Source of the DNA: a virus
DNA length: 38,329 nt
Reading direction: 5' to 3' (one strand)
UHGV virus genome: UHGV-1488451
The notes beneath the pieces were generated by a model, which did no database searches, was not told the origin of the DNA, and was given only the letters and a program-made list of their open reading frames with translations. This document shows, in pieces, positions 24,941-33,894 of the stretch (its first letter is position 1; each line of letters starts with the position of its first letter). The position numbers and the translations under genes are program-made.

Positions 24941-26088
24941 TAGTGTTTCTCCTTTTCCAAGATCATGAGGCGGGCACCCAGCTTGTTCAGGGCGCCCTGG
25001 TTATCGCCGCTCTTCTTGGCGGCATGAGAAAACCCCGGGGGTGGTGTTCCCTCGGGGCTAGTGTCGTTTCCGGTCAGCGCGTCACGCATTGATTTCAGCA
25101 TCAACGCCATTGCCTTCGACATTTCCGCGCCGGACTCGGCGGCTTTCACCGCGAGCACTTCGGTTTCCTGGTTCGCGCCGATAGGAACGACACTGACCTC
25201 GTACAGGCGCACCTTGCGAATCTCGAAAACCCAATTGTCGTTGTCTTTCATTTCCGCGCCTTCGACAACATCAAACGCGAAACTCATTTGCGACAAGCGG
25301 CGCTCTTTCAGCAGACGGTAAACCTGGCTAGCTTTCTCATTATCCAGGTCAAGCTTCGCACGGATTTTCAAACCATGATCATCCTCAACAGCCTCAACCA
25401 CCGTGCCAATATTGCTGAACGGGTCTCGGAAATCATGGCCATACAGCAAAGGCAGCTGATTACCGGATTCCTCCCACTCCTTCAACGTGTCCGCAAACGC
25501 GCCCTTACGGATAACATCACCGTAAGAATCCACATTATCGAACACACTTGCATAGGCGACAATCTCGCCCGCCTCAACCTCAACATCATCAGGCTCTTTA
25601 ACCCGAACCTTCAAATCCTTCAACTTCATAAGGGCAACACCTCCTTTCTCACCCCCAGGCAACTCCGGGGGATTCTCATACCAAGCATCAATCCGCGCCA
25701 ACACATCATCAGACGCGCCAGCCTCAGTAGCACGCTCCACACAAACATCGCGCCCAGGGTCAACCAAATGGAACACCGCACCAGCCCCCTCAAACTTGCT
25801 GACAAGCGCAGCAGGTGGATTCTCCGACACAAACCACAACTCATCAACAATCGTCTCAGGGTCAAGCAGCCACCCCACCAAGCCCCTACGCATAGCCAAC
25901 ACCGCATCAACAACACCAGGCGGAACATCAGCCTCCGGCTTGTCGACGCCCCCCACCACCGCAGCAACCGCATCAAAATCAAAACGCGGCACCCCAGCGC
26001 TAGCATTCTCCGCAACAAACACAGACTTGCCAGCAAACGGGGGGCCAACCACAACGTTAACCGCCACCGTCATCACCTCCATCAACAC
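24940..26088 (-). CDS. Prohead protease (HK97 family) with N-terminal P-loop (Walker A) domain
   Basis: Protease motifs AYASVFDNVDSYGDVIRKGAF, LLYGHD, SVVPIGAN; N-terminal roughly 150 aa has GPPFAGKS and VFHLVD in the same frame; GGAGGAG before start. Confidence 0.75.
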   Translation of the reverse strand: MLMEVMTVAVNVVVGPPFAGKSVFVAENASAGVPRFDFDAVAAVVGGVDKPEADVPPGVVDAVLAMRRGLVGWLLDPETIVDELWFVSENPPAALVSKFEGAGAVFHLVDPGRDVCVERATEAGASDDVLARIDAWYENPPELPGGEKGGVALMKLKDLKVRVKEPDDVEVEAGEIVAYASVFDNVDSYGDVIRKGAFADTLKEWEESGNQLPLLYGHDFRDPFSNIGTVVEAVEDDHGLKIRAKLDLDNEKASQVYRLLKERRLSQMSFAFDVVEGAEMKDNDNWVFEIRKVRLYEVSVVPIGANQETEVLAVKAAESGAEMSKAMALMLKSMRDALTGNDTSPEGTPPPGFSHAAKKSGDNQGALNKLGARLMILEKEKH

Positions 26089-27310
26089 TAGGGGGCTCCT
26101 CCCCCGGGTCCACCGCAGTGTTCAACGGCACCAACAAATCATCCCCACCGTCAACCGAAGGCAGGTTGTTCATCGCACGCGCCTCATTACGTGTCATCCA
26201 CGGGCCACCAACAGCGGTACTGGTGACCTGCGCCTTTTCCTCAAACGAGGCGCGCAGCTTCTCCTCAATGTTGAACTCAAAGTAAACGTCGTCTTCAACG
26301 CCGAGCTTTTCCAGCAGGAACACGTTCAGCGTGTCCTCAATCTGTTTGATGATCGGGCCGAGGGAATCCCCGTAGAGACTCTTCCGAAACTCCCTGACGT
26401 TTGAATAGTTCGCATTATCCAGCAAACCAACCATCGTCGGATTGACCTGGAAAACACTAGCCACCGTCGCAAGGGACAACTTGGCCACATCAACGACATC
26501 CTCATCAGACGCTTTAAGATGCATCGACTTGAAAGACATGCCGTCCTCAAGAATCGGAGTGCCACCCGCACCAGAACCACGCCCCGAATACTGCGACTGC
26601 CAAGCCGCCTTAAACCGGCGACGGTCCATACCCTCCCAACGCGGAGCACCCGCAGGACGCTCAATCACACCACTAATACGCGGCCCGTTCTTCCACAACT
26701 GACCACGATACGCAGCAGATTCCAACTGCTCCTTAAGCAAGTCTTTCAGCGTGCGCACCTTCGAAGCACCACGTTTATAACTCCCCGGGGAATAGCCATG
26801 CACACGAATGATCTTCTCCGCCGGAATCTCCAACGGCTCACCAGTCTTATCATCCGTAATCACAATGGATTTCAACGTCCATTTATCTTCCCACCGCAGA
26901 CGATGAACCCACGTCGGAGAAACAGGGTAAATCTCCGGGCCGTCACCAGCGTCACTGATCACCCAAATGAACTCGTCATACAGGCACAGGTCCATGACAG
27001 ACGCATACAGCAGATCATAGAAAACCTGCCCCGCATTGGCCTTCTTCACTAGCCTCGCCAGCGGGCCGGTTCGCACACGCTCACGCCCACCATCCTCAGC
27101 ATGACGATAAACATGAACCCCAATCGACGCGATATTCCGGGCAATGAAATCCGTGACCGTCCGAAGGTGCGGTTGGGAATCCCAAAGCTGCTCCACACTG
27201 AAACCATCAATCGACGCCGCCAACGATTCAAGAATCGGCAACGCCAAACCCTCAGGCTCAGGAACAGACACCGCCGTCGGAAGAAACCCCAAACGCTGCA
27301 AAATCCCCAC
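26057..27310 (-). CDS. Portal protein
   Basis: 417 aa between terminase and protease; acidic C-terminus. Confidence 0.85.
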   Translation of the reverse strand: MGILQRLGFLPTAVSVPEPEGLALPILESLAASIDGFSVEQLWDSQPHLRTVTDFIARNIASIGVHVYRHAEDGGRERVRTGPLARLVKKANAGQVFYDLLYASVMDLCLYDEFIWVISDAGDGPEIYPVSPTWVHRLRWEDKWTLKSIVITDDKTGEPLEIPAEKIIRVHGYSPGSYKRGASKVRTLKDLLKEQLESAAYRGQLWKNGPRISGVIERPAGAPRWEGMDRRRFKAAWQSQYSGRGSGAGGTPILEDGMSFKSMHLKASDEDVVDVAKLSLATVASVFQVNPTMVGLLDNANYSNVREFRKSLYGDSLGPIIKQIEDTLNVFLLEKLGVEDDVYFEFNIEEKLRASFEEKAQVTSTAVGGPWMTRNEARAMNNLPSVDGGDDLLVPLNTAVDPGEEPPSVDGGDDGGG

Positions 27311-27323
27311 CAGAAATCACCTC

Positions 27324-28943
27324 CTAAACAATCAACAAATAATCATCATCACTATCATCTTCACCAGCGTAAATATCATCGAAATCAGGCTCCTCACCCC
27401 CAAAGAAATCCTCATCCGCATACGCCGAACGCCGCTCCTCAGGCTCATGCCCAAGCAACCACCACGCCACATTGCACGCCACCAAAGGCGAAACATCATT
27501 ACGACTACCCGACCTATCCCAAATGAACAGGTCACCAGCCTTCTTATCCTGCGCACCCTCAACAGCCAGATCAAGAACAGGCTGCGAACGATGCCGAAGC
27601 TCACCAGTCGCAATCGCATCAAAAAACCCAAGCACAGACGAAGACATATCCCCACCCTGCCAAGGCACCACCGTCAAACCAGCCTCCTCCAACAACGGAG
27701 CCAAACCAGCAGCCGGAGCACCCTTCACCTGCATTGCTACACGACCATCAAACCAATCGACGGCCCCAACACGAGCTGCGAACCACTCGGCAACCCATCT
27801 AAAACCGGCTCGTTGGGCGACGACTTCAACGTGCGTTCGCCCATCATCACGAACACCAGCGACCGCGACATAGGCGAACTTGCCGTCCACCGCGACATCA
27901 ACCGCCGCCGCCACAGGATTCCCCTCCGCAACACGGGAACCAGCATCAGCGCAAGCACCCCACACGTCAGCAGGAATCTTCCCCGGCTCCAGGGACTCCA
28001 CCCACACACACATTTTCTCAGTGCGGAAACCATCGGGATTCTTCGTCTCCTTCGCCTCAGCCAACAAATTCTTCAAAGTGATGCCGCCCCAACCCATCGA
28101 CGGGTTAGCCTGACGCAGCGCATCAACGTCCGTTATCTCCGCGTCCTGCGACGCTGACCACGAGAACAACGCCGTGGCCATGTCCTCAGTGTCCCCAAGG
28201 TTGATGCGCTCAACCGCTGAATCACGCAGGGATTTCAGCACAATCGAGCGGGCGTCACCAGCGTTGGAGAACCCCCACAATTGCGACTCTGGGCGCGCCG
28301 CAATGGTTGGCTCAATCGAGTTCCAGCCGTCCCACGTAAGCAGCTCACGCATCTCATCAATGAATGCCGTGTCAGCCGAAGCTGAACGCCCACCTTTACG
28401 GTCAGCAGTAGTCACCGACCATGTGGGCAAAGTGCCGAACACATCCAAGCGGCCAGGCACAGGAACCTTGCACAACTCAATCTGCTTGCTACCGTTCGTT
28501 TCCCGCATCCAAGCGCCGTTGAACTCGTTGTCCTTCGGCCTCGGGTCGTTCGGCAAGTACTCACGTAGCACCTCATTATGAGCGGCGATCTTAAACGCGT
28601 CTTTCAACGTGTCCTCAGCAACAGTAAGTTTCTGAGCTGCGGAAACAATCTCCGATGCGCCGAACACAAACAAACGCCACAAGCCGATCACAACCATCAG
28701 CGTTGTCTTGCCGTTCTGGCGGGCCACCTCAACTATGACGCGCTTAAACCGGAAGTCAGTGCCGTCGAGGTTCAGTTCCAGGCCGTGAATCAACAGCCAT
28801 TTTTGCCACGGGTACAGGCGAATACCTAGGAACTCCGCAAACTCAATGGCCTCAAACCCCTTCGACGTCTCCGGGGTTAGTGGGCGCAACGGCGGGGGAA
28901 ACAGGCGCGGCTGCTCGAAGCCCTTAACCTGCTCGACCACCAC
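27324..28943 (-). CDS. Terminase large subunit
   Basis: 539 aa; Walker A VARQNGKTT; acidic C-terminal tail. Confidence 0.9.
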   Translation of the reverse strand: MVVEQVKGFEQPRLFPPPLRPLTPETSKGFEAIEFAEFLGIRLYPWQKWLLIHGLELNLDGTDFRFKRVIVEVARQNGKTTLMVVIGLWRLFVFGASEIVSAAQKLTVAEDTLKDAFKIAAHNEVLREYLPNDPRPKDNEFNGAWMRETNGSKQIELCKVPVPGRLDVFGTLPTWSVTTADRKGGRSASADTAFIDEMRELLTWDGWNSIEPTIAARPESQLWGFSNAGDARSIVLKSLRDSAVERINLGDTEDMATALFSWSASQDAEITDVDALRQANPSMGWGGITLKNLLAEAKETKNPDGFRTEKMCVWVESLEPGKIPADVWGACADAGSRVAEGNPVAAAVDVAVDGKFAYVAVAGVRDDGRTHVEVVAQRAGFRWVAEWFAARVGAVDWFDGRVAMQVKGAPAAGLAPLLEEAGLTVVPWQGGDMSSSVLGFFDAIATGELRHRSQPVLDLAVEGAQDKKAGDLFIWDRSGSRNDVSPLVACNVAWWLLGHEPEERRSAYADEDFFGGEEPDFDDIYAGEDDSDDDYLLIV

Positions 28944-29232
28944 CGGCCGCCTTCATACGCTCCATCACCGAAACAACCGCCACAGGGCGGTCACGGTCCT
29001 CAGGAATTCCCCGCGCCTCCGGCGTGCACCCCAACGCCCCCAACGCCTTCAACAAATGAGGCCCCAAATACAACGCCTTTGTGCGGTCATACCCAGCATC
29101 AACAGGCACGAAATCAATCTGCCGAGCATACGACAGCGCCAGCTCCTGCAATGCCTTATCTGCACCGGTGACGTTCTCGCCACGCGCCTCAATTGAATCA
29201 AGTACAGCCTGTTCAAGCGGCCCAACAGTCAT
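28924..29232 (-). CDS. Putative terminase small subunit
   Basis: About 103 aa from ATG 29232 (GGAAGGAG upstream); overlaps start of large terminase; assignment by position only. Confidence 0.4.
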   Translation of the reverse strand: MTVGPLEQAVLDSIEARGENVTGADKALQELALSYARQIDFVPVDAGYDRTKALYLGPHLLKALGALGCTPEARGIPEDRDRPVAVVSVMERMKAAGGGRAG

Positions 29233-29364
29233 GATTAAAGCTCCTTCCAGAAACCAGGTCTTGCGCGCGCGATACCCCCAAAAACGAGTGGGGGGAGAGG
29301 ACAGGCCCACCCGGCTCAAATGTCCTGGTCAGGTGTGCTGGTGATTTGCTACCCCCTACCGTTG

Positions 29365-29649
29365 TTACCAGGTTTGGCTGGGTTGTCCGAGGGTTGGTTG
29401 GGGTGGTTGGTTGTGGCGTGCGCGGTTGCAGTTGGTGTGTGTTGGTTTGATGTTGTTGGGGTCGTTTTCGAGGTGTGGGTGTGTGCTTGTGGGGTGGATG
29501 TGGTCGAGGTCGCATGCGTTTGGGGTGTGTGGTGGTGCGGTGTAGTCGATTGGTTGGCCGCAGAGGTAGCAGGGGGTGTTGTTTTCTGCGTGTTGTTGGC
29601 GGAGTTGTTGGCGGAGTTTTTTGTTTGCGCGGGTTTCTTTGAATGGCAT
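29365..29649 (-). CDS. HNH endonuclease
   Basis: CYLCGQPIDY...CDLDHIHP...HLENDPNNIKPTHTNCN (two Cys pairs, H-N-H); adjacent to terminase genes. Confidence 0.8.
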   Translation of the reverse strand: MPFKETRANKKLRQQLRQQHAENNTPCYLCGQPIDYTAPPHTPNACDLDHIHPTSTHPHLENDPNNIKPTHTNCNRARHNQPPQPTLGQPSQTW

Positions 29650-29676
29650 GGGGTTTTGGGGGTTGATATGGGTAAA

Positions 29677-29700
29677 CCCCCATGCTTTTTGGCATGGGGG
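29677..29700 (-). terminator. Strong GC hairpin (CCCCCATGC / GCATGGGGG) upstream of HNH gene
   Basis: 9-bp perfect stem, 6-nt loop; only short T-runs flank it, so terminator versus attenuator role is unclear. Confidence 0.3.
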
Positions 29701-29740
29701 TTGTCTGCGACTGAGTTTAGCAGTGTGGTTGCCCGTTTTG

Positions 29741-30310
29741 TCAATGTGACAGTTTTTTATCTATGTCTGTTTGTGAGTATTTGAGTGTGCCGTCGAGGCT
29801 GTGGTGTGCTCTGATGTGTCCTCGTGCTCTCCAGTGGTGGATTTGTTTGCGGGTGATGTTGTGGCCTTGTTGCCATGCGTGGTCGATGGCTTGTTGGATG
29901 GTGAGCCATTGGCCGTGGGGGTTGATGGGTGGTTCGCGGTGGTGGCGTTGGGTGAGGTCTTGTTCGATGGTGCGTAGTCCTTGTTCGATGGTGTCGGGTT
30001 CGGGGTGGTGGTTGATGAGGTGGGTGTTGTGGCTGAGCCAGGTGCACCAGCGTGAGAGTGGTTGGTTGGCTGCGCTGGCTGGGAGGTGGATGTTTGCGTG
30101 TTTGAGGATTTGGTGGATGATGTCGCGGAGTTCGTCTTCGGTGGTGATTTTGTTTTCGAGTTGGGTGAGGTTGAGGGGTGGGCGTGGTCCGGGGGTGGTG
30201 TGGCCTCCTTCTTTGGGGATGGTGGAGTCGATGTGTGTGGGGTGGAGGTCGGTTTCGAGTTCGTGGGTGAGGGTGGCGAGGTTGGTGAGGATTTTGTTGA
30301 TGGTGATCAT
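29741..30310 (-). CDS. Hypothetical protein, possible DNA-binding
   Basis: 189 aa; strongly A+C-biased codons (T/H/N/Q/P-rich protein). Confidence 0.4.
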   Translation of the reverse strand: MITINKILTNLATLTHELETDLHPTHIDSTIPKEGGHTTPGPRPPLNLTQLENKITTEDELRDIIHQILKHANIHLPASAANQPLSRWCTWLSHNTHLINHHPEPDTIEQGLRTIEQDLTQRHHREPPINPHGQWLTIQQAIDHAWQQGHNITRKQIHHWRARGHIRAHHSLDGTLKYSQTDIDKKLSH

Positions 30311-30474
30311 GGTTTGGGTTCTTGGAGTTCTTTGGTGGCTTTGGTGGTGAGGATGATGGAGCCGTAGGTGTCGAAGGCTAGGTATCCGTGGTCGATGAGG
30401 ATGTTGGTCATGGTGTGGTTGATGCGTTTGCCGGAGGCGAAGCGTCGGAGGGCGTTGATGTGGTTGGGGGTCAT
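30307..30474 (-). CDS. Small hypothetical protein
   Basis: ATG at 30474 (MTPNHINALRRF...); the His-rich extension to 30558 in the ORF track is probably compositional artefact. Confidence 0.35.
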   Translation of the reverse strand: MTPNHINALRRFASGKRINHTMTNILIDHGYLAFDTYGSIILTTKATKELQEPKP

Positions 30475-30574
30475 TGGTTTGTGTCTTTCTTGGTGGTGAG
30501 GTGGGTGATTGTTCCGGGGTGGGTGAGGGTGCTTATGGCGGTGGTGATGATGATGCACGCGATGATGGTGAGGG

Positions 30575-31108
30575 TCATTGTTCGTCTTTCTGGATTTCGT
30601 ATCGTTCTTCTTGGTGGTCGCGTTCGAGCCTGTCTGCGCGTTCCCAGTCTGGGAGGGTGTCGTCGTTGGTGTCGTCGTGGGGGTAGGGGTGTGCCATGTG
30701 GGTTTCTTTCTGGGTGAGGTGGATGTGTGCGCCGGGTGTTTCGCCGGGGTGTGCGTAGCGTTTGTGGGTTATCCAGGTTGTGATTTGGCTGTCGTCGTTG
30801 ATTGCTCCTGATTGGGTGAGGGCGTCGCCGAGGGCGCGTTGTAGTTTGTCGAGGTCGGGGGTTTTGGTGTGTGGTTCGGTTTTGTTTTTGAGGCGTTTGG
30901 GGCGGGGGAAGATGAAGATTGCGGTGATGGTGATTGGTCCTTGGATTGGGGGTTTGTGGTTGTGGGTGAGGGTTGCGGTTTGGGTGAGGGCTTTGCGCCA
31001 GGCGGGTAGGTGTTTGCTGGATTCGATACTGCGGCCGCCGCCGATGTAGCGTTTGGAGCCTTGGGGTCTGGGGGTGCCTGGGGTGAAGAATGTGAGCGTT
31101 TGGGTCAT
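30575..31108 (-). CDS. rusA: RusA-like Holliday junction resolvase
   Basis: Motif TPDLDKLQRALGDALTQSGAINDDSQI...K matches the RusA Asp-rich catalytic core. Confidence 0.75.
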   Translation of the reverse strand: MTQTLTFFTPGTPRPQGSKRYIGGGRSIESSKHLPAWRKALTQTATLTHNHKPPIQGPITITAIFIFPRPKRLKNKTEPHTKTPDLDKLQRALGDALTQSGAINDDSQITTWITHKRYAHPGETPGAHIHLTQKETHMAHPYPHDDTNDDTLPDWERADRLERDHQEERYEIQKDEQ

Positions 31109-31238
31109 TGGAACATGCTTTCTATGTGGGGGTGGTGGTTTGTTTTGGGTTGGGGGTGGGTGTTATTTTCGCGCGTGAGGCTTGGGGCGGGTTGGTGGCG
31201 CCTGGTGGCCTGTTGGGCGGAGCGTGGTCACAACAGTC

Positions 31239-32426
31239 TCAAAACGGGGGTTTTGCGGCGTTGGAATTGCCGAACCATACACGACTACCCGCCGAGGGGT
31301 TTTCGGGCGTGTGAGGCGGCAATGAGGGCGGATTTGGGGCATTCTCGTTTCGTCTGGCCGCCCGGAGTTGAGCGTATTCCGGTGGGAGGTCCACCGGCTC
31401 GGGGGGTGTCCGATGGTCGCATTTGCGGGCTACGCTGCGGTTTTCCGGCGAATCCGGGTCGATTCCTCGGGTCGGGACCAGGACAAAACCCCGCTCGTCG
31501 CACCACGGGCAAGCGTCGATTTCGGCGCGTCGTGCCTGCTTGGCTTGGGTTTTCTGGTCCTGGAACCAGCGTCTGGCGGCTGCGCAGGCCCCGCAGGGTG
31601 GCACCTGGTCGCGTGGCAGCCCGGCGTGTTCGCGGCATCGGGGGTCATCCGGCGTGGACCAATCGGCGGGTGTGTCGCCGGTCACGGTTGGGGTGTTGGG
31701 GGGCGGCGCGTCAGCGGCCGCCGAACCCTGGTCGAAACTCGGGGCGGGGGCGTGTGCGCTTGCGCTCTCGCTCGGAAGATTTTCTCTCTTAAGCTCCCCT
31801 TTATTGGTATTGGTCGGGCGCAGGTCCGGGCGCGCGCGTCGCGCGCGAGGAGTGGACATGCGGGTGGCGTCCGGGGTGGACATTTCGGCGTTTTCGCTGG
31901 TAGAGGAAAAATCGCTCGACCTATTCGGATTCATTTCGTTTTCATTTCGATTTCGATTCGCGTTCGATTCGGATTCATTTCGATTTCGATTCGGATTCAT
32001 TTCGCGTTCGGATAGGTCGAGCCTCCCTGTTTCAGTATCGGCGTTGCAGCCCCTCCTGCGGGCCTTTGACTCGCGTTCAATACGGCGTCGATTCGAGCGT
32101 TGTTCGCGGGTCTGCTGATAGTCCCCCCAGTCCCTAAAAGTGAACACGATCACACCATTTTCATTGACTGATTGCGTCCACAACCCCGCATCAACAAGCG
32201 CCTGAATCTGAACCGCGCTCCCCCGCAAAGCCCGCACCTGCTGACGAGGAATCACCCCATCAGTCTCAAATTCAGCGCACCAACTCCCAGCCTTCGCCCA
32301 TAAACCCACCGCAGCATTAGGAAGGGAGGAAATCTTAGGATGCGCATGAAAACGGTCGTCAATCATGAACCAGCTCATTACGCACCGAGTCCAACATTCA
32401 AGCAGACAACACTGATTGACCTGCAC
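31239..32426 (-). CDS. Replication initiation (O-like) protein candidate with internal iteron-encoded low-complexity linker and C-terminal Cys cluster
   Basis: N-terminal folded-looking domain, central NPNRNRNESESNANRNRNENEMNPNR linker encoded by the tandem repeats, C-terminal CGAC...CPWC; start uncertain (32426 GTG, 32378 or 32366 ATG). Confidence 0.5.
   Translation of the reverse strand: MQVNQCCLLECWTRCVMSWFMIDDRFHAHPKISSLPNAAVGLWAKAGSWCAEFETDGVIPRQQVRALRGSAVQIQALVDAGLWTQSVNENGVIVFTFRDWGDYQQTREQRSNRRRIERESKARRRGCNADTETGRLDLSEREMNPNRNRNESESNANRNRNENEMNPNRSSDFSSTSENAEMSTPDATRMSTPRARRARPDLRPTNTNKGELKRENLPSESASAHAPAPSFDQGSAAADAPPPNTPTVTGDTPADWSTPDDPRCREHAGLPRDQVPPCGACAAARRWFQDQKTQAKQARRAEIDACPWCDERGFVLVPTRGIDPDSPENRSVARKCDHRTPPEPVDLPPEYAQLRAARRNENAPNPPSLPPHTPENPSAGSRVWFGNSNAAKPPF
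31914..32020. repeat. Iteron-like array: about 8 tandem copies of an 11-bp unit (nnTTCnnTTCG family) flanked by imperfect inverted repeats; candidate origin of replication
   Basis: Seen directly: GATTCATTTCG / TTTTCATTTCG / ATTTCGATTCG / CGTTCGATTCG ...; 11-bp period; flanks CTCGACCTATTCGGA and TTCGGATAGGTCGAG. Confidence 0.5.
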
Positions 32427-32545
32427 GTTTCCTTATCCAGGAACAAGCCGTACCGGCGAACAGCGAAAATGGCGATGCCTTGCGGCGTGAACAAATTCAC
32501 CCATTCAGGTTTCGGGGCATTCATTTCCCTTATCTTTCATCAAAA

Positions 32546-32573
32546 CCACCCCCACAACACACGCTGCGGGGGT
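32546..32573 (-). terminator. Stem-loop (CACCCCC / GGGGGTG) with T-run on minus strand downstream of SSB gene
   Basis: 7-bp G/C stem; plus-strand AAAA at 32541-32544 gives UUUU after the hairpin on the minus transcript. Confidence 0.4.
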
Positions 32574-32590
32574 GGCAAAAACAAATACTG

Positions 32591-33028
32591 TTAGAACGGA
32601 GGTTCGCCCGTATCCTGCGGGGTGGCCGGGGGTGAAGAACCCCACGCGCCCCCCTGCTGAGAAGGCGCATACCCAGGGCGCGCCTGCGAACCAGCAACCT
32701 CAACATCAGCCACAGACTGCAACGCATCAACCGCCATGACCTTAATCATCGACCGTTGACTACCGTCCTTGGCTTCCCACTCCTCAGTGACCAGCTTTCC
32801 AACCACCGTGACCTTAGAACCCTTCCTCAGGTAGGACATTGGTTCAGCAGCCTCACCCCACAAGGTGACTTGGATGAACAACTGGTTTGTGGTCTCCCAC
32901 TCACCAGTCGGGGTTTTCCTGCTGTCGGAGCACGCGAGGCGGAAGGTGCTGCATGGTTTGCCGTTGGAGGTGAACCGGAGTTCAGGGTCGCTGACCAGTC
33001 TTCCGGGGAAATGCTGGTACGGAATCAT
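32591..33028 (-). CDS. ssb: Single-stranded DNA-binding protein
   Basis: N-terminal GRLVSDPELRFTSNGKPCSTFRLA (OB-fold SSB signature), Gly/Gln-rich tail ending in acidic-aromatic tip EPPF. Confidence 0.85.
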   Translation of the reverse strand: MIPYQHFPGRLVSDPELRFTSNGKPCSTFRLACSDSRKTPTGEWETTNQLFIQVTLWGEAAEPMSYLRKGSKVTVVGKLVTEEWEAKDGSQRSMIKVMAVDALQSVADVEVAGSQARPGYAPSQQGGAWGSSPPATPQDTGEPPF

Positions 33029-33894
33029 GGCATGCCTCCCTCGGCTTCGGCCGCGAGGGCTTCCATCTCAGCAAGGGTGTTGTAGCGCTCACTGTAGGCG
33101 TGCTCTGCGGCTTCGCGCTGCGGGTGATCGGCGGGGATTCCCCTGGCTTGCTCGGCCACCGTGTTCAGGTCGTCGATGCTGGCTGCGGTGTTGAATGCCG
33201 CGATGATGCTGTCAACGTCGATCTGTGGTGCCTGCTTGGATTCGAGGGCGGCTTTCACGCCTGAGGCGCCGCGCTGCTGGCGGGGCTTGTCGAGGCGTGT
33301 GGCCTTGGCCTGCACGCGGCTTTCCTCGAGCTGCAAATCCTCAGCCGTGTAGGTGATTCCCAACAACACGTCGGGGGCCAGTTTGCGGCACACCTCGGAT
33401 AGTGCCTTGGCGTAAAGCATGGCTTGCGGGTCGCTTTGGTACTTCTTGTTTGAGGTGTAGCCTGCACGCTTTGCCCGGTCGATGGTCCATGTACTGGTTT
33501 CCTGCTCACCCTTCGGCGAGGTTCCAGTCACCGTGACGCTTTCATCTGTGGACTCAATGGTGTCAAACCTGTAGCCGCGCGCCTTCAAAAGCCCAGACAT
33601 AGTGCGCGCGTAGATCGCGGGTGTGCCGTGCACAACGAAAATCTGCTGCAGGGACTGCAGGGGCTTCAACCCCAATTCAGCACCGTAGAGTATTGCCGCT
33701 GCTCCGTTTTCCGGCTTGCCCTTGTAGGTCTGTGGCACCATGTCGGTGCTGCACAATGCCACCGCTAGTTTGTGGGCGGTTTCCATTGCCTGTGCTTGCC
33801 GCATTAGCAGGTCTATGGCGTCGTCACTGACGTCGCCGGTGGGCATTACCTCAGCCTCGGCGGGTGGGGTGATGCGGTCGATTTCCTGGCTCAC
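33025..33894 (-). CDS. recT: RecT-like single-strand annealing protein
   Basis: NGAAAILYGAELGLKPLQSLQQIFVVHGTPAIYA resembles the RecT family core; paired with YqaJ-like exonuclease. Confidence 0.7.
   Translation of the reverse strand: MSQEIDRITPPAEAEVMPTGDVSDDAIDLLMRQAQAMETAHKLAVALCSTDMVPQTYKGKPENGAAAILYGAELGLKPLQSLQQIFVVHGTPAIYARTMSGLLKARGYRFDTIESTDESVTVTGTSPKGEQETSTWTIDRAKRAGYTSNKKYQSDPQAMLYAKALSEVCRKLAPDVLLGITYTAEDLQLEESRVQAKATRLDKPRQQRGASGVKAALESKQAPQIDVDSIIAAFNTAASIDDLNTVAEQARGIPADHPQREAAEHAYSERYNTLAEMEALAAEAEGGMP

Noticed and set aside
30475-30558. His-rich N-terminal extension (MHHHHHRHKH...) of the small ORF at 30307-30558
   Set aside because: Likely an artefact of the A+C-rich strand composition; a plausible ATG at 30474 gives a compact protein.
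29320-30811. Series of long plus-strand ORFs in the G+T-rich island (29320-29784, 29763-30350, 30388-30717 and others)
   Set aside because: The keto-rich plus strand almost lacks A, so stop codons are rare by composition; the encoded G/V/W/C-rich sequences have no motifs, while the minus strand holds HNH and RusA signatures.
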